Assembly (NCBI GenBank): GCA_963784055.1
Contig: CAWAPY010000014.1
Coordinates: 395,634-459,633 of the forward strand
Direction: 5' to 3'
Length of the DNA stretch: 64,000 bases
Source: an uncultured Actinomycetota bacterium
Lineage (GTDB): Bacteria > Actinomycetota > UBA4738 > HRBIN12
Shown piece by piece: positions 41,986-54,728 of the stretch. How positions within the stretch are numbered: the first letter of the stretch is position 1; the number at the start of each line of letters is the position of its first letter. The position numbers and the translations under genes were made by a program. The notes under the pieces are model-generated. The model saw only the letters and a program-made list of their open reading frames with translations. It made no database searches and was not told where the DNA came from.

Positions 41986-43863
41986 GTGAGCTTCACCAAG
42001 CCGGCATCGTCCACCATCCCGGACGCTCCCGGCGCCTACCTCTTCCGGGACGAGGACGGCAGGGTCGTCTACGTCGGGAAGGCCGGCTCACTACGGAAGC
42101 GGCTGGCGAACTACTGGTCCCGACCGCTCCATCCCCGGACCGAAGCCATGGTGGACGCGGCGGCGAGCGTCGAGTGGATCGTCGCGTCCGGCGAGGTCGA
42201 CGCGCTGATGCTGGAGTTCAACCTGATCCAGCAGTACCTGCCGCGCTTCAACATCCGCTACCGCGACGACAAGTCCTACCCCTACCTCGCGCTCACGGTG
42301 GGGGAGACGTGGCCGCGCGCCCAGGTCCTCCGCGGGACCAAGCGGAAGAAGGTCCGCTACTTCGGGCCGTACGGGCACGCGTGGGCGATCCGGGACACGC
42401 TCGACGCCCTGACCCGCGTGTTCCCCATCCGCACCTGCACGAACCACTTCTTCGACCAGCGCGCCCGCGCCGGGCGACCATGCCTCTACTACGACATCGG
42501 CCGGTGCTCCGGCCCCTGCGTCCCCGCCGCCACCGGGATCACGGAGGAGGCGTACCGGAGCGACGTGGACGCGCTCGGGGACTTCCTCGCGGGGAACTCG
42601 AAGCCGGTCCTCAAACGCCTCGAGGAACAGATGGCCGAGGCGTCGGGGCGGGAGGAGTACGAGCAGGCGGCGCGGTTCCGCGATCAGCTGCAGGCCGCGC
42701 GCCGCGCGCTCGAGAGCCAGGAGATGGTCCTCGTCCAGCCAGAGAGCCTGGACGTCGTCGGTCTCGCCGAGGACGACCTCGAAGCGGCCTTCCAGGTCTT
42801 CACGGTGCGCGGCGGGCGGGTCCTCGGCCGGAAGGGATGGATCGTCGATCGCGTCGAGGACCTCGACCGGCCGGAGCTCGTCGCGTCGTTCCTCCGGCAG
42901 CTCTACATGGAGCGCGAGGAGGTGCCGCCGCGGATCCTCGTGCCCACGGAACCGGCGGACCGGGAGGTGCTGGAGACCTGGCTCTCCGCCCGTCGCGGTT
43001 CCCACGTCACGATCGCGGTGCCGGCGCGCGGCGCCAAGCGGCGCCTGATGGAGGTCGTGGGGAGCAACGCGAGCGAGGCGTTCCATCGGCACAAGCTCCG
43101 GCGCGCCTCGGACTTCGGGGCGCGGTCCCGGGCGCTGTCCGAGCTCGCCGATCAGCTCGGCCTCGAGCAGGCACCTCTCCGCATCGAGTGCTACGACATC
43201 TCCAACCTCGGGCCGAGCGACACCGTGGGATCGATGGTGGTCTTCGAGGACGGCCTCCCGAAGCGCGCCGACTACCGCCGGTTCGAGATCAAGGGCGTCC
43301 CCGGACAGGACGATTTCGCGAGCATGGAGGAGATGCTGACCCGACGGTTCTCGCGGCTGCTGAAGGAGAAGGTGGAGCAACCGGGAGGCCGGCGGCGATT
43401 CTCGTACCCACCGGCGCTCGTGGTGGTGGACGGCGGCCGCGGTCAGCTGAGCGTCGCGACGAGGGTCCTCGAGGACCTCGGACTGCACATCCCGCATATC
43501 GGGCTGGCGAAGCGGCTCGAGGAGATCTACTTCCCGGATCGGCCGGACCCGCTGTCGATCGCGCGCGGATCGGAGGCGCTCTTCGTGCTCCAACACATCC
43601 GTGACGAGGCCCACCGCTTCGCCATCACCTATCACCGGCAACGGCGAGAGCGTCGGGCCCTCTCGTCGCCGCTCGATGAGATCCCCGGCGTCGGGCCGTC
43701 ACGGAAGCGCGCGCTGATGAAGCGCTTCGGCTCCCTCACGAAGATCCGTCAGGCGGGAGCGGCCGACCTCGCGGCCACTCCGGGGGTGGGTCCCCGGCTC
43801 GCGGACGAGATCCATCGCCGGCTGCACTCGGTGTCGGACACGGATCGTCGGGAGAGCGCGTGA
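41986..43863 (+). CDS. uvrC: excinuclease ABC subunit C
   Basis: GTG start. It has a GIY-YIG domain (GAYLFRDEDGRVVYVGKAGSLRKRL), a UVR domain (YEQAARFRDQL), an endonuclease domain and a C-terminal HhH (IPGVGPSRKRALMKRFGS). It is intact at 625 aa. Confidence 0.95.
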   Translation: MSFTKPASSTIPDAPGAYLFRDEDGRVVYVGKAGSLRKRLANYWSRPLHPRTEAMVDAAASVEWIVASGEVDALMLEFNLIQQYLPRFNIRYRDDKSYPYLALTVGETWPRAQVLRGTKRKKVRYFGPYGHAWAIRDTLDALTRVFPIRTCTNHFFDQRARAGRPCLYYDIGRCSGPCVPAATGITEEAYRSDVDALGDFLAGNSKPVLKRLEEQMAEASGREEYEQAARFRDQLQAARRALESQEMVLVQPESLDVVGLAEDDLEAAFQVFTVRGGRVLGRKGWIVDRVEDLDRPELVASFLRQLYMEREEVPPRILVPTEPADREVLETWLSARRGSHVTIAVPARGAKRRLMEVVGSNASEAFHRHKLRRASDFGARSRALSELADQLGLEQAPLRIECYDISNLGPSDTVGSMVVFEDGLPKRADYRRFEIKGVPGQDDFASMEEMLTRRFSRLLKEKVEQPGGRRRFSYPPALVVVDGGRGQLSVATRVLEDLGLHIPHIGLAKRLEEIYFPDRPDPLSIARGSEALFVLQHIRDEAHRFAITYHRQRRERRALSSPLDEIPGVGPSRKRALMKRFGSLTKIRQAGAADLAATPGVGPRLADEIHRRLHSVSDTDRRESA

Positions 43864-44758
43864 TGGCACGAGCCGCGAAGGGATCGGCGCGGGAGACCGG
43901 CGCTCCGGGCTTCCTGTTGATCACGGGGCTGTCGGGCGCCGGGCGCTCCGAGGCCGCGCGCAGCCTCGAGGACCTCGGATACTTCGTCGTCGACAACCTG
44001 CCGCCGGCGCTGCTGCCCAAGATGGCGGAGCTCGCGGCGAGCCCAGGTGGTCCGGGACGCGTGGCGATCGTCGTGGACGCGCGGGGCGGGGTGTTCTTCG
44101 GCGAGCTGTCGAAGGCGCTGGAGGAGCTCCGGGAGCAACGGGTCCCGTCCAGGATCGTCTTCCTCGACGCCTCGGACGAGGACCTCGTCAACCGGTACGA
44201 GGCGACCCGCCGGCGACACCCGCTGGCCCCGGGTGACCGGGTGGGGGAAGGCATCCGCAAGGAGCGCCTGATGATGGAGAGCCTCCGAGCGGACGCGGAC
44301 CTGGTGATCGACACCTCGGGTCTGACGCCGCACGACCTCCGCGACCGGATGCGCGAGACGTTCGCGGACACGGCGCCCGAGGCCGGCCTACTCGTCTCCA
44401 TCGTGTCGTTCGGCTTCAAGTACGGCAGCCCGCGCGACGCCGACCTCGTGCTGGACGTGCGGTTCCTCCCCAACCCGCATTGGGTCGACGAGCTCCGCCC
44501 CCTCCCGGGCAGCAACGAGAAGGTGCGTGAGTACGTCGAGGGGCAGGAGGAGTACGGATCCTTCATGAAGCGGCTCGAAGGCCTCCTGGACGTCGTCGTC
44601 CCCGGCTACGTGGACGAGGGGAAGGCGTATCTCACCATCGCGATCGGCTGCACGGGGGGCGGCATCGCTCCGTGGTGGTCGCCGACGACCTCTCCGGCTA
44701 CTTCCGTGAGCACGGCCACCGCGTTTCGGTGTCACACCGCGACGTCGACCGCGACTGA
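43860..44758 (+). CDS. rapZ: RNase adapter / nucleotide-binding protein RapZ (one frame change at a G6 run, 44654-44659)
   Basis: It carries LLITGLSGAGRSEAARSLEDLGYFVVDNLP (P-loop) and DLVLDVRFLPNPHW. The conserved end GCTGG-RHRSVVVADDL...VSVSHRDVDRD-stop reads in a second frame beginning inside the homopolymer. Confidence 0.85.
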
Positions 44759-44764
44759 CGAGAC

Positions 44765-45217
44765 TCAGTCCGCGGGGAAGGCCGCCTCGAGCGTTCTCAG
44801 ATGGTCGCCACGATGCAGCGAGCGGTCGACCAAACGCTCCCGTCGGTCCAGTTCGAGTTCGACGACCACGTCGGGATCGAGCGAGCCGATGACCAGATCG
44901 AGCTCCTCCGCCGCGAAGAGACATGCATCGACCGCGGCCCTCGGGGGGATCGCGATCCATCCCGGGAGCGCGGCCTCATTGATGAGATCCTGCGGCGTTC
45001 CGTCGATCGGATCGGGAGCGCGACTCCCGATCGCCAGGGCGAGCCTCCACCTCGCGAGCACGAAGCGATCCCAGAAGGCGATGTGTGCGAACAGCGCCGA
45101 CGTCGTCCACGGGGGGTCGAGCTCGCGAGCGAGCTCGTCGTCCGACAGTCGTCGCGCCAGAGCTCGGAGGCGTTCGGTGGTCGACCGGTTGCGCTCGTCG
45201 GCTCCTGGGGCGCCCAT
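44765..45217 (-). CDS. DinB-superfamily four-helix-bundle protein
   Basis: Intact 150-aa ORF. WTTSALFAHIAFWDRF and ...RSLHRGDHLRTLE resemble DinB/mycothiol-transferase-like proteins. This is motif-level recognition only. Confidence 0.5.
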   Translation of the reverse strand: MGAPGADERNRSTTERLRALARRLSDDELARELDPPWTTSALFAHIAFWDRFVLARWRLALAIGSRAPDPIDGTPQDLINEAALPGWIAIPPRAAVDACLFAAEELDLVIGSLDPDVVVELELDRRERLVDRSLHRGDHLRTLEAAFPAD

Positions 45218-45293
45218 CGTCGTCCCTACCGTACAAGGGGTCGCGAAGTGGTCCCCGAGCGCGCTCGATAGGATGGCTGTTCGCCCCGCGTGA

Positions 45294-46318
<1,025 letters not shown>

Positions 46319-46319
<1 letters not shown>

Positions 46320-47509
46320 TGGCGCTCCGCACGATCGACGATCTCGGCGACGTCGCCGGCTCCCGGGTCTTCGTCCGCGTCGACTTCAACGTCCCCCTCG
46401 ACGGCGGCCGCGTGGCCGACGACATGCGCATCCGTGCCGCGATCCCCACGCTCCGGGAGCTGCGCGAGCGGGGAGCGGCCCTCGTGGTGGCGTCCCACCT
46501 CGGACGTCCGGATGGGGAGACGCGGGACGATCTCCGGCTCGCCCCCGTCGCCGACCGGCTCGGTGAGCTGCTCGAGCTCGAGGTGATGGCGCTCGACGAG
46601 GTCGTCGGCGACGGCCCCGAGGCCGTGTGCGCGCACATCGAGCAGGGCGACGTGGTCCTCCTCGAGAACCTCCGCTTCGATCCGGGCGAAGAGGCGAACG
46701 ACGTCCGCTTCGCGGGACGCCTCGCCGAGCTCGCCGACGCGTACGTGGACGACGCGTTCGGCGCGGCGCATCGGGCCCACGCGAGCGTCGTCGCGCTGCC
46801 CGACCTGATGCGAGCTTCGGGTCGGCCTACTGCGGCCGGACGGCTCTTGCAGCGGGAGGTCGAGGTCCTCGGCCGACTCCTGCGCGAACCCGATCGGCCG
46901 TACGTCGCCGTCCTCGGCGGCGCGAAGGTCTCGGACAAGCTCGGGGTGCTCGGCGCCCTCGCCGAGCGCGCCGACGCCCTGCTGATCGGCGGGGCGATGG
47001 CCTTCACGCTGATCGCGGCGGATGGGGGCGAGATCGGCGACAGCCTGGTGGAGCGCGATCGCTTCGACGAGGTCCGTGCGGTCATACACGGTGCCGGTGA
47101 CGCGCTGATCGAGCTCCCTCAAGACGTCGTCGCCGCGACCGAGGCGAGCGCCGACGTCCGCCCACAGACGGTGCCGGCGCGCGAGATCCCGCGCGGTCTC
47201 AAAGGACTCGACATCGGACCCCGGACCGTGGAGGAGTTCGCCCGCATCCTCGCCGACGCCAAGACGATCCTGTGGAACGGTCCGATGGGCGTCTTCGAGC
47301 TCGAGCCGTTCTCGGCGGGCACCCGCGGCGTCGCCGTGGCGATCGCGGGGGCGGCCGCGTTCTCGGTGGTCGGCGGCGGGGACTCCCTGCTCGCGGTCAA
47401 GCGGGAAGGACTCGAGGACTCGTTCGACCATCTGTCCACCGGCGGCGGCGCCTCGCTCGAGTTCCTCGAGGGAACCCCGCTCCCCGGCATCACGGTCCTG
47501 CAGGACTGA
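46319..47509 (+). CDS. pgk: phosphoglycerate kinase
   Basis: A GTG at 46319 shares one base with the gap TAG. It carries VFVRVDFNVPL, ASHLGRP, AVLGGAKVSDKL, WNGPMGVFE and VGGGDS. It is intact. Confidence 0.95.
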
Positions 47510-47524
47510 CTAGGGAGGACTGAC

Positions 47525-48295
47525 ATGGTCGAGCGGACGCCGATGATCGCCGCGAACTGGAAGATGCACAAGACGCACCTCGAGGCGATCCAGGCCGTGC
47601 AGAAACTCTCGTACCTGCTCGACCGGAAGGACGCCGAGCGCGTGGAGGTCGTCATCTGTCCCGCGTTCACGGCTCTCCGTTCCGTGCAGACCCTCATCGA
47701 CTCCGATCGCCTGCCCTACGGGTTGGGCGCGCAAGACGTGCACCCCGAGGACGAGGGCGCGTTCACGGGGGCGGTCTCGGGGCCGATGCTGGCGGCGCTC
47801 GACGTCGCCTACGTCATCGTCGGTCATTCCGAGCGCCGCCAGCTCTTCGGCGAGGACGACGCGACGGTCAACCGGAAGGTGAAAGCCGTGATCCGCAACG
47901 GGATGACCCCGATCGTGTGCGTGGGGGAAACGCTCGAGGAACGGGAGTCGGGGGGCACCGAGACGAAGGTGACCGAGCAGGTCCGGCGGGCCTTCGACGG
48001 GGTCGACCCGACGGCCGCGGCCACCGCCGTCGTCGCGTACGAGCCGATCTGGGCGATCGGAACGGGCCGCAACGCGGAACCCACCGACGCGGGACAGGTC
48101 GTGGAGGTGATCCGCGCCACGCTCGCGGATCGCCTCTCCTCCGAGGTCGCCGACGCGGTCCGCGTCCTCTACGGAGGCAGTGTCAAACCGGGCAACATCC
48201 GGGAGTTCATGGCCCATCCGGAGATCGACGGAGCCCTGGTCGGGGGCGCGAGCCTCGATCCGGAGAGCCTCGCCCTGATCGCCCGGTACCGGTGA
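47525..48295 (+). CDS. tpiA: triose-phosphate isomerase
   Basis: Intact 256-aa ORF. It carries IAANWKMHKT, VIVGHSERR, CVGETLEERE, VAYEPIWAIGTG and YGGSVKP. Confidence 0.95.
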   Translation: MVERTPMIAANWKMHKTHLEAIQAVQKLSYLLDRKDAERVEVVICPAFTALRSVQTLIDSDRLPYGLGAQDVHPEDEGAFTGAVSGPMLAALDVAYVIVGHSERRQLFGEDDATVNRKVKAVIRNGMTPIVCVGETLEERESGGTETKVTEQVRRAFDGVDPTAAATAVVAYEPIWAIGTGRNAEPTDAGQVVEVIRATLADRLSSEVADAVRVLYGGSVKPGNIREFMAHPEIDGALVGGASLDPESLALIARYR

Positions 48296-48356
48296 GTCCT
48301 TTCGCATCCTTGCCCAACAAAGCCGCTGCGAGGGTGCCCGTCCCGGGGTTGCTGGA

Positions 48357-48385
48357 TTGCGGGTCCCCTGCAACCTCTCTAGTAT
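48357..48385 (+). promoter_or_regulatory. candidate sigma-70-type promoter for the peptide ABC operon (TTGCGG-17 nt-TAGTAT), implying a very short leader
   Basis: The hexamers lie at 48357-48362 and 48380-48385, and the ATG is at 48398 with no Shine-Dalgarno between. This is pattern match only. Confidence 0.25.
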
Positions 48386-48397
48386 CGGTTCCCGGGC

Positions 48398-49469
48398 ATG
48401 AGTCGATCCGACACGGACACCGACGTATCCCAGGCGGAGCAGCGCGAACGGCTCGAGCGCGCCGACCTGGAAGCTGCCGCGCCGTCTGCCGAGACGCCCG
48501 CCTCGATCATCGGGCGGAGCCCCTGGGAGATCTTCTGGAGGCACTTCCGCCAGGACAAGTTCGCCCTCATGGGCCTTGTGATCATCGGGGTGATGGTCCT
48601 GATGGCGATCTTCGCCCCGCTCGTCGCGAACTGGGCCGGGCACAAGCCGAACCAGGTCAATCTGAGCGCGCTCGACAGCTATGGGCTCCCCTCGGCACCG
48701 AGATGGTGGCCGGACAAGTTCGATCCGCAGACGGGGGAGAAGATAAAAGAGTCGCCGCCCAGATACCTGCTCGGCGTGGACGATACGGGCCGGGACCTCT
48801 TCGTGCGGATCGCCTACGGGGCCCGCACCTCGCTGACGGTGGCGTTCTTCGCCACAGGGATCGCCGTCGTGATCGGCGTGCTCTTGGGCCTCGTGGCGGG
48901 CTTCTATCGCGGCAGGATCGACACGCTCATCTCGCGCGCCACCGACGTCGTGCTGGCGCTGCCGATCCTGCTGCTCGCGCTGGGCATCGCGTCCGCCTGC
49001 GGGGCGAACCAGGAAGGCTGCTTCTGGGGCTTCATCAAACCGGGGCTGCGACCGGTGATCTTCGATCATCGGGCTCTTCGGCTGGCCGTACATCGGCCGG
49101 ATCGTCCGCGGCCAGGTGCTGTCGATCCGAGAGAAGGAGTTCGTGGAGGCCTCCCGCTCGCTGGGAGCCTCCAACCGTCGGATCATCCTTCGCGAGATCC
49201 TCCCGAACGTGATCGCGCCGATCATCGTCTACACCACGCTCATCATCCCGAGCAACATCCTGTTCGAAGCCGGGCTCTCGTTCCTCGGCGTGGGGGTCCC
49301 TGACGGGACCCCGTCGTGGGGAGCGATGCTCGCCGAAGCGGGCACGGCCTTCCGATTCGCACCCTGGCTGATGATCTTCCCGGGCCTCGCCCTGTTCCTC
49401 ACGACGTTGGCCTTCAACCTCGTGGGGGACGGTCTCCGAGACGCACTCGATCCTCGGAAGGCCGTCTGA
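48398..49469 (+). CDS. Opp/Dpp-family peptide ABC transporter permease (OppC/DppC-like; one apparent frameshift ~49060)
   Basis: It carries LLGVDDTGRDLFVRIAYGARTSL and then, in the 49116 frame, SIREKEFVEASRSLGASNRRIILREILPNVIAPIIV (EAA-type loop). Confidence 0.85.
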
Positions 49470-49547
49470 GCGTATCGACAGGGGGAACCCGGTTCGAAAG
49501 GAGGACGACCTCGAGCACGGAGCACCGTTGATCGTTGTATGTGAACC

Positions 49548-51436
49548 ATGAGAAGGGGGGTAGCTTTGAAACGAGTACTCAGACTGATCGCTGTCGTGAC
49601 GGTCCTCGGGATCGTCGCCGCCTCGTGTGGCGGCGACGATGAGCCGCCTGAGGGCGGCGATACCGAGACCCGACCGAGGATCTCGCGGGCGGCACGCTGA
49701 CCATGGCGATGCTCGCCGACGTCACCGCGGCGTTCGACCCACAGAAGGAGTACTACTCCGTCACGTGGGAGTACTACCGCTGCTGTCTGCTCCGGAACCT
49801 GATGTCCTATGAGGGGGTTCCCACGGACGAGGGCGGCGCCGAGATCCACCCGGACCTCGCCGCAGGTGAGCCGGAACAGTCCTCGGACGGCCTGACCTGG
49901 ACCTACCAGATCAAGCCTGGACTGATGTACGCGCCTCCGAAGGAGGACACCGAGATCACGGCGCAGGACTTCATCCGGGCGCTCGAGCGGACGGCGAACC
50001 CCGACGCGAACGTCGGCGGGTACTCCTTCTATTACTCGGTGATCGAGGGCTTCGACGACTTCGCCGCGGGCGACGCCGAAGAGATCTCCGGGTTGTCCGC
50101 GCCGGACACGCACACGCTCGAGATCACCACGACCACTCCGGTCGGTGACATGAGCTACCGGCTGGCCATGGGCACCGCATCGCCGATCCCGCCCGATGAC
50201 GAGGGGGAGCGGATGGGTGTCGCCGAGGGGCACGACCGGAACTACGGTCGTTTCCTCGTGGCCTCCGGCCCGTACATGTTCGAGGGCTCCGAGACGATGG
50301 ACTTCTCGGCGGACCCGAAGGACCAGACCGAGGCTCCGGGCTACGTGCCGGGTCGCCAGATCGTCCTGGTCCGCAACCCGTCCTACGATCCTGCATCGGA
50401 CGGTCTGCGGGACGCGTTCCCGGACCGGATCGAGGTTCGGATCGGTGGCGACAACGACGACCTGTACAACCAGGTCGCCGCGGGAACCCTCGACTTCGTG
50501 GTCGATGGCGTGGTGCCTGCGGAGAAGATCCGCGAGTACCAGACGGACCCCGCGTTGCAGAACAAGATCAACATCTACGCATCGGATGCGATCCGGTACG
50601 TGTCCTTCAACCTGGCGGTGCCTCCCTTCGACGACGTCCACGTCCGCAAGGCGGTCAGCTGGGCGTTCGACAAGCAGGGGTTCCGGCAGTTGCGGGGTGG
50701 TCCCTCGGTCGGTGAGATCGCGGGGCACATCATGGTCAACAGCCTCGAGGACAACATCTTGGCCGACTATGACCCGTACCAGACCACGAACGCGTCCGGT
50801 GACCCCGAGAAGGCCAAGGAGGAGATGGCCCTGTCCAAGTACGACTCGGACGGGGACGGCGTCTGCGACGCACCGGAGTGCAGTGACATCCTCACGATCA
50901 CGGACCGCGAGGACCCGTACCCGGATCAGATGGCCCTCCTGAAGCAGTTCCTCGAGCCGATCGGGCTCACGCTCGATGACAAGCAGCTGGAGCGCGGCAC
51001 GATGTACAACCAGTGCAACGATGCGAACTCGCATCACGCGCTGTGCGCCGGTCCCGGTTGGGGGAAGGACTACGCCGACGGTGTCACGTTCGGCGAGCCC
51101 TTGTTCACCTCCGCCGGTCTGTGGGAGAGCTGCTGCAACTACTCCCTCCTGGGTGCATCGCCCGAGCAGCTGGCTGAGTGGGGCTACGACGTGACGGAAG
51201 TCCCATCCATCGATGACAAGGAAGACGAGTGCGCGGCGTTGGAGCCCGGTGACGAACGGTTCCAGTGCTGGGCCGAGCTCGACCAGCAATTGATGGAAGA
51301 AGTGGTGCCGATGGTGCCGTACCTGTTCGACAACAGCGTCGACATCCTGTCGGAGAACATCCAACACTATTCGTTCGACCAGTTCGCTGGTCTGGCAGCG
51401 TTCGATTCGTTGGCCGTTCCCGGCAACACCGGATAG
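49548..51436 (+). CDS. family-5 peptide/nickel ABC substrate-binding lipoprotein (one apparent frameshift ~49665)
   Basis: The ATG at 49548 gives MRRGVALKRVLRLIAVVTVLGIVAASCGG (lipobox). The body in the 49703 frame carries LTWTYQIKPGLMYAPP, ITAQDF and NPSYDP, typical of OppA/DppA-like proteins. Confidence 0.85.
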
Positions 51437-51530
51437 CACCTGATCCAGACGGTCGGGGGGGTCGCGCGAGCGGCCCCCTCACCGTTGCGTCCGAGGCCTC
51501 CACGAAGGGGCCGGAGGGAGGAGCAGACGG

Positions 51531-52565
51531 ATGGGCCGATACCTGATCCGGAGAGCCCTCTTCATGATCCTCGTGATCATCATCGTCTCGCTCCTGACGT
51601 TCCTCATCTTCGTGAAGCTCCCGGCCGGCGACCCGGCCCGCCGGGCGGTCGGTCGCACCACCACCCCCCAACAGATCGAGAACGCGCGAAGGGCGTTCGG
51701 TCTGGACAAACCGCTCTACGTGCAGTACTGGCGGTTCCTGCGGGGGTTCATCCCGTGGCCTCCTGGCGACCCGGTGCTCATGTTGAGCGGCCACCCGCCG
51801 CGGGGGCATGACGGCCTCTGGCTCAACGAGGACGTCTACTACTCCTATGACGGCTTCGTCCCGGTGCGGGAGGAGCTGGCCAGGCGGATCCCCATCACCG
51901 GGACGCTGGCGATCGGTGCCGCCGTGATCTGGCTGCTCCTCGGCATCCCGATCGGCATCCTGTCCGGCGTTCGGCGAAGATCCATCGCCGACCGCGCGGC
52001 CATGATCTTCGCGATCGTCGGGGTCTCGATGCCGATCTTCTGGCTGGCCCAGCTCCTCTTGTACGCGTTCTGGTTCAAGCTCGAGCTGTTACCGGAATCC
52101 GGGATCCCGATCGGGTACAGCGGGTGGGGAGGGGCGATGCGCGCCGCCCTCGAGGGCCGGTTCATCCTCCCGTGGGTCTCGCTCGCGTACATCAACGCGG
52201 CCTTCTACGCGCGCATGGTGCGCGGCAACCTGATCGAGACGATGAACGAGGACTACATCCGGACGGCCCGAGCGAAGGGCCTGTCCGAGCGTCGCGTGAT
52301 CTACAAGCACGGCCTCCGCGGAGCCCTGACGCCGGTCGTGACGATGCTCGGCCTCGACGTCGGTCTCCTGCTGGGCGGCGCCTTCATCACCGAGACGGTC
52401 TTCGGGCTCCCGGGGATCGGGCAGAAGGCCGTCCAGGCGATCGGCACGAACGACTTCCCGACCGTGATGGGCGTGACGATCATCGGCGCCTTCATCATCG
52501 CGGTCGCGAACCTGGTGGTCGACGTGGCGTACGCGTTCGTGGATCCGAGGGTGAGGTACACCTAG
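51531..52565 (+). CDS. Opp/Dpp-family peptide ABC transporter permease (OppB/DppB-like)
   Basis: Intact 344-aa ORF. It carries MGRYLIRRALFMILVIIIVSLLTFLIF and EDYIRTARAKGLSERRVIYKHGLRGALTPVVT. Confidence 0.9.
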   Translation: MGRYLIRRALFMILVIIIVSLLTFLIFVKLPAGDPARRAVGRTTTPQQIENARRAFGLDKPLYVQYWRFLRGFIPWPPGDPVLMLSGHPPRGHDGLWLNEDVYYSYDGFVPVREELARRIPITGTLAIGAAVIWLLLGIPIGILSGVRRRSIADRAAMIFAIVGVSMPIFWLAQLLLYAFWFKLELLPESGIPIGYSGWGGAMRAALEGRFILPWVSLAYINAAFYARMVRGNLIETMNEDYIRTARAKGLSERRVIYKHGLRGALTPVVTMLGLDVGLLLGGAFITETVFGLPGIGQKAVQAIGTNDFPTVMGVTIIGAFIIAVANLVVDVAYAFVDPRVRYT

Positions 52566-53575
52566 GTGGCGCAGCCGCTGCTCGAGGTGAAGGACCTCAA
52601 GGTCCATTTCCCGACCGACGACGGCCTCGTCAAGGCCGTGGACGGGGTCAGCTACTCATCGCAGCCGGGGGAGACGCTGGGGTCGTGGGGGAGTCGGGCT
52701 CCGGCAAGAGCGTGAGCTCCCTCACGGTGATGGGTCTGATCAATCCCAAGCAGGCGACCATCGCCGGCGAGGTCTTCTTCCAGGGCCAGGACCTCCTGAA
52801 GCTCCCGAAGGACGAGATGCGCACGATCCGGGGCGCGAAGATCTCGATGATCTTCCAGGACCCGATGACGTCGCTCCATCCGTTCTACAAGGTGGGCGAT
52901 CAGATCGCCGAGGCGATCCTCGCGCACCAGGACATCTCGAAGAAGGAGGCCCACGACCAGGCCGTCGAGATGCTCGCCCGGGTGAACATCCCGCACCCGA
53001 AGGACCGGGCGCGACCAGTATCCGCACGAGTTCTCGGGCGGCATGCGCCAGCGCGCGATGATCGCGATGGCGCTGTCGCTCAACCCCGACGTCCTGATCG
53101 CCGACGAGCCCACCACCGCTCTCGACGTGACGGTGCAGGCGCAGATCCTCGATCTCATCGACCGCCTGAAGTCCGAGTTCAACGCCGCGGTCGTGATCAT
53201 CACGCACGACCTGGGCGTGGTCGCGGAGCACTGCGACAACATCAGGTGATGTACGCCGGCAAGGTCGCCGAGTACGGCGACACCGACGACATCTATTACA
53301 AGCCGCTGCACCCGTACACGTGGGGGCTGCTGAGCTCGATCCCGCGGCTGGACGAGGAGCAGCGGAACGGCTGAACCCGATCCCGGGCTGCCGCCGTCGC
53401 TGATCAAGGTCCCGCCGGGGTGCGCGTTCCACCCTCGCTGCCCGTACCGCTTCGAGCCGTGCGACCGCGATGTCCCCCGCTCGCTCCCGGTCGACGGGCA
53501 TCACGCGGCCGCGTGTCATCTCTGCCTCGCGGACAAGGAGCGGATCCGCGACGAGGAGGTGCTGGCGACCGATGA
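52566..53575 (+). pseudogene. Opp/Dpp-family ATP-binding protein (OppD-like; at least 4 frame changes)
   Basis: The GTG follows directly after the oppB-like TAG. Pieces lie in several frames: [99 protein letters not shown] and HPYTWGLLSSIP. The end is assumed at the ATGA overlap with the next gene. Confidence 0.78.
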
Positions 53576-54728
53576 GCGTCCAGACGCAGCCCGCCCGCGC
53601 GCAGCCGCCGGCGCCCTCCGGCGAGCCGCTCGTGCAAGATCGAGGGCATCAAGAAGTACTTCCCGATCACCCAAGGGATCATCTTCCAGAAGCACGTCGG
53701 CGACGTGCATGCGGTCGACGGCGTCGACCTCGAGATCCACCCGGGCGAGACGCTCGGGCTCGTCGGAGAGACCGGATGCGGCAAGTCCACCCTCGCGCGG
53801 GTCGTGATGCGCCTCACGACGCCGACGGACGGCACGATGTGCTTCGAGGGCCGGGACATCACCCACCTCAAGGGCAAGGAGCTGCGGGACGCTCCGCCGA
53901 GACATGCAGATGGTGTTCCAGGACCCCTACGCCTCGCTGAACCCGCGCAAGACGGTCGGCACGATCATCGGCGAGCCGTTCCGCCTGCACCAGACCGTGC
54001 CGAAGGACCAGGATCAAGGGCGAGGTGCAGCAACTGATGGAGCTCGTCGGGCTCAACCCCGAGCACTACAACCGGTACCCGCACGAGTTCTCCGGCGGCC
54101 AGCGCCAGCGCATCGGGGTGGCGAGGGCGCTCGCGCTGCGCCCGAAGTTGATCGTGTGCGACGAGCCCGTCTCCGCGCTGGACGTCTCGATCCAGGCCCA
54201 GATCCTCAACCTGCTCGAGGACCTGCAGGAGGAGTTCAATCTCACCTACCTGTTCATCGCCCACGACCTGTCGGTCGTGCAAGCACGTCTCCGACCGCGT
54301 GGCCGTGATGTACCTCGGCAAGATCGTCGAGATGGCCGACGGGCGCGAGCGCTGTACAAGACGCCGAAGCACCCGTACACCGGGGCACTCCTGTCCGCCG
54401 TTCCGATCGCGGATCCCGAGCTGGCGCGCCAGAAGCGGCGGATCATCCTCCAGGGGGACGTGCCGTCGCCGATCGATCCGCCGTCCGGCTGCCGGTTCCA
54501 CCCCCGATGCCCGCAGTCGCGCGCGATCGCGAAGTCCGAGGGAATCGACGGCCCCCACCCTCGCTGCGTCCAGGAGGAGCCGGCTCTCGGGCCAGGGAGC
54601 CGGCCAGGTCGCCGCCTGCCACTTCCCGCTGGAGGGAAGTACCATCGAGCCCGGCGACGCGGAAGCACGCTTCGAGGACGGCGTCATCGAGATGCAGGAA
54701 GGGTCGTCACACGAGGACAGGAAGGTAG
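53572..54728 (+). pseudogene. Opp/Dpp-family ATP-binding protein (OppF-like; at least 5 frame changes; 3' end uncertain)
   Basis: Pieces lie in several frames: [104 protein letters not shown] and GCRFHPRCP. As assembled, the last frame runs without a stop into secG. Confidence 0.72.
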
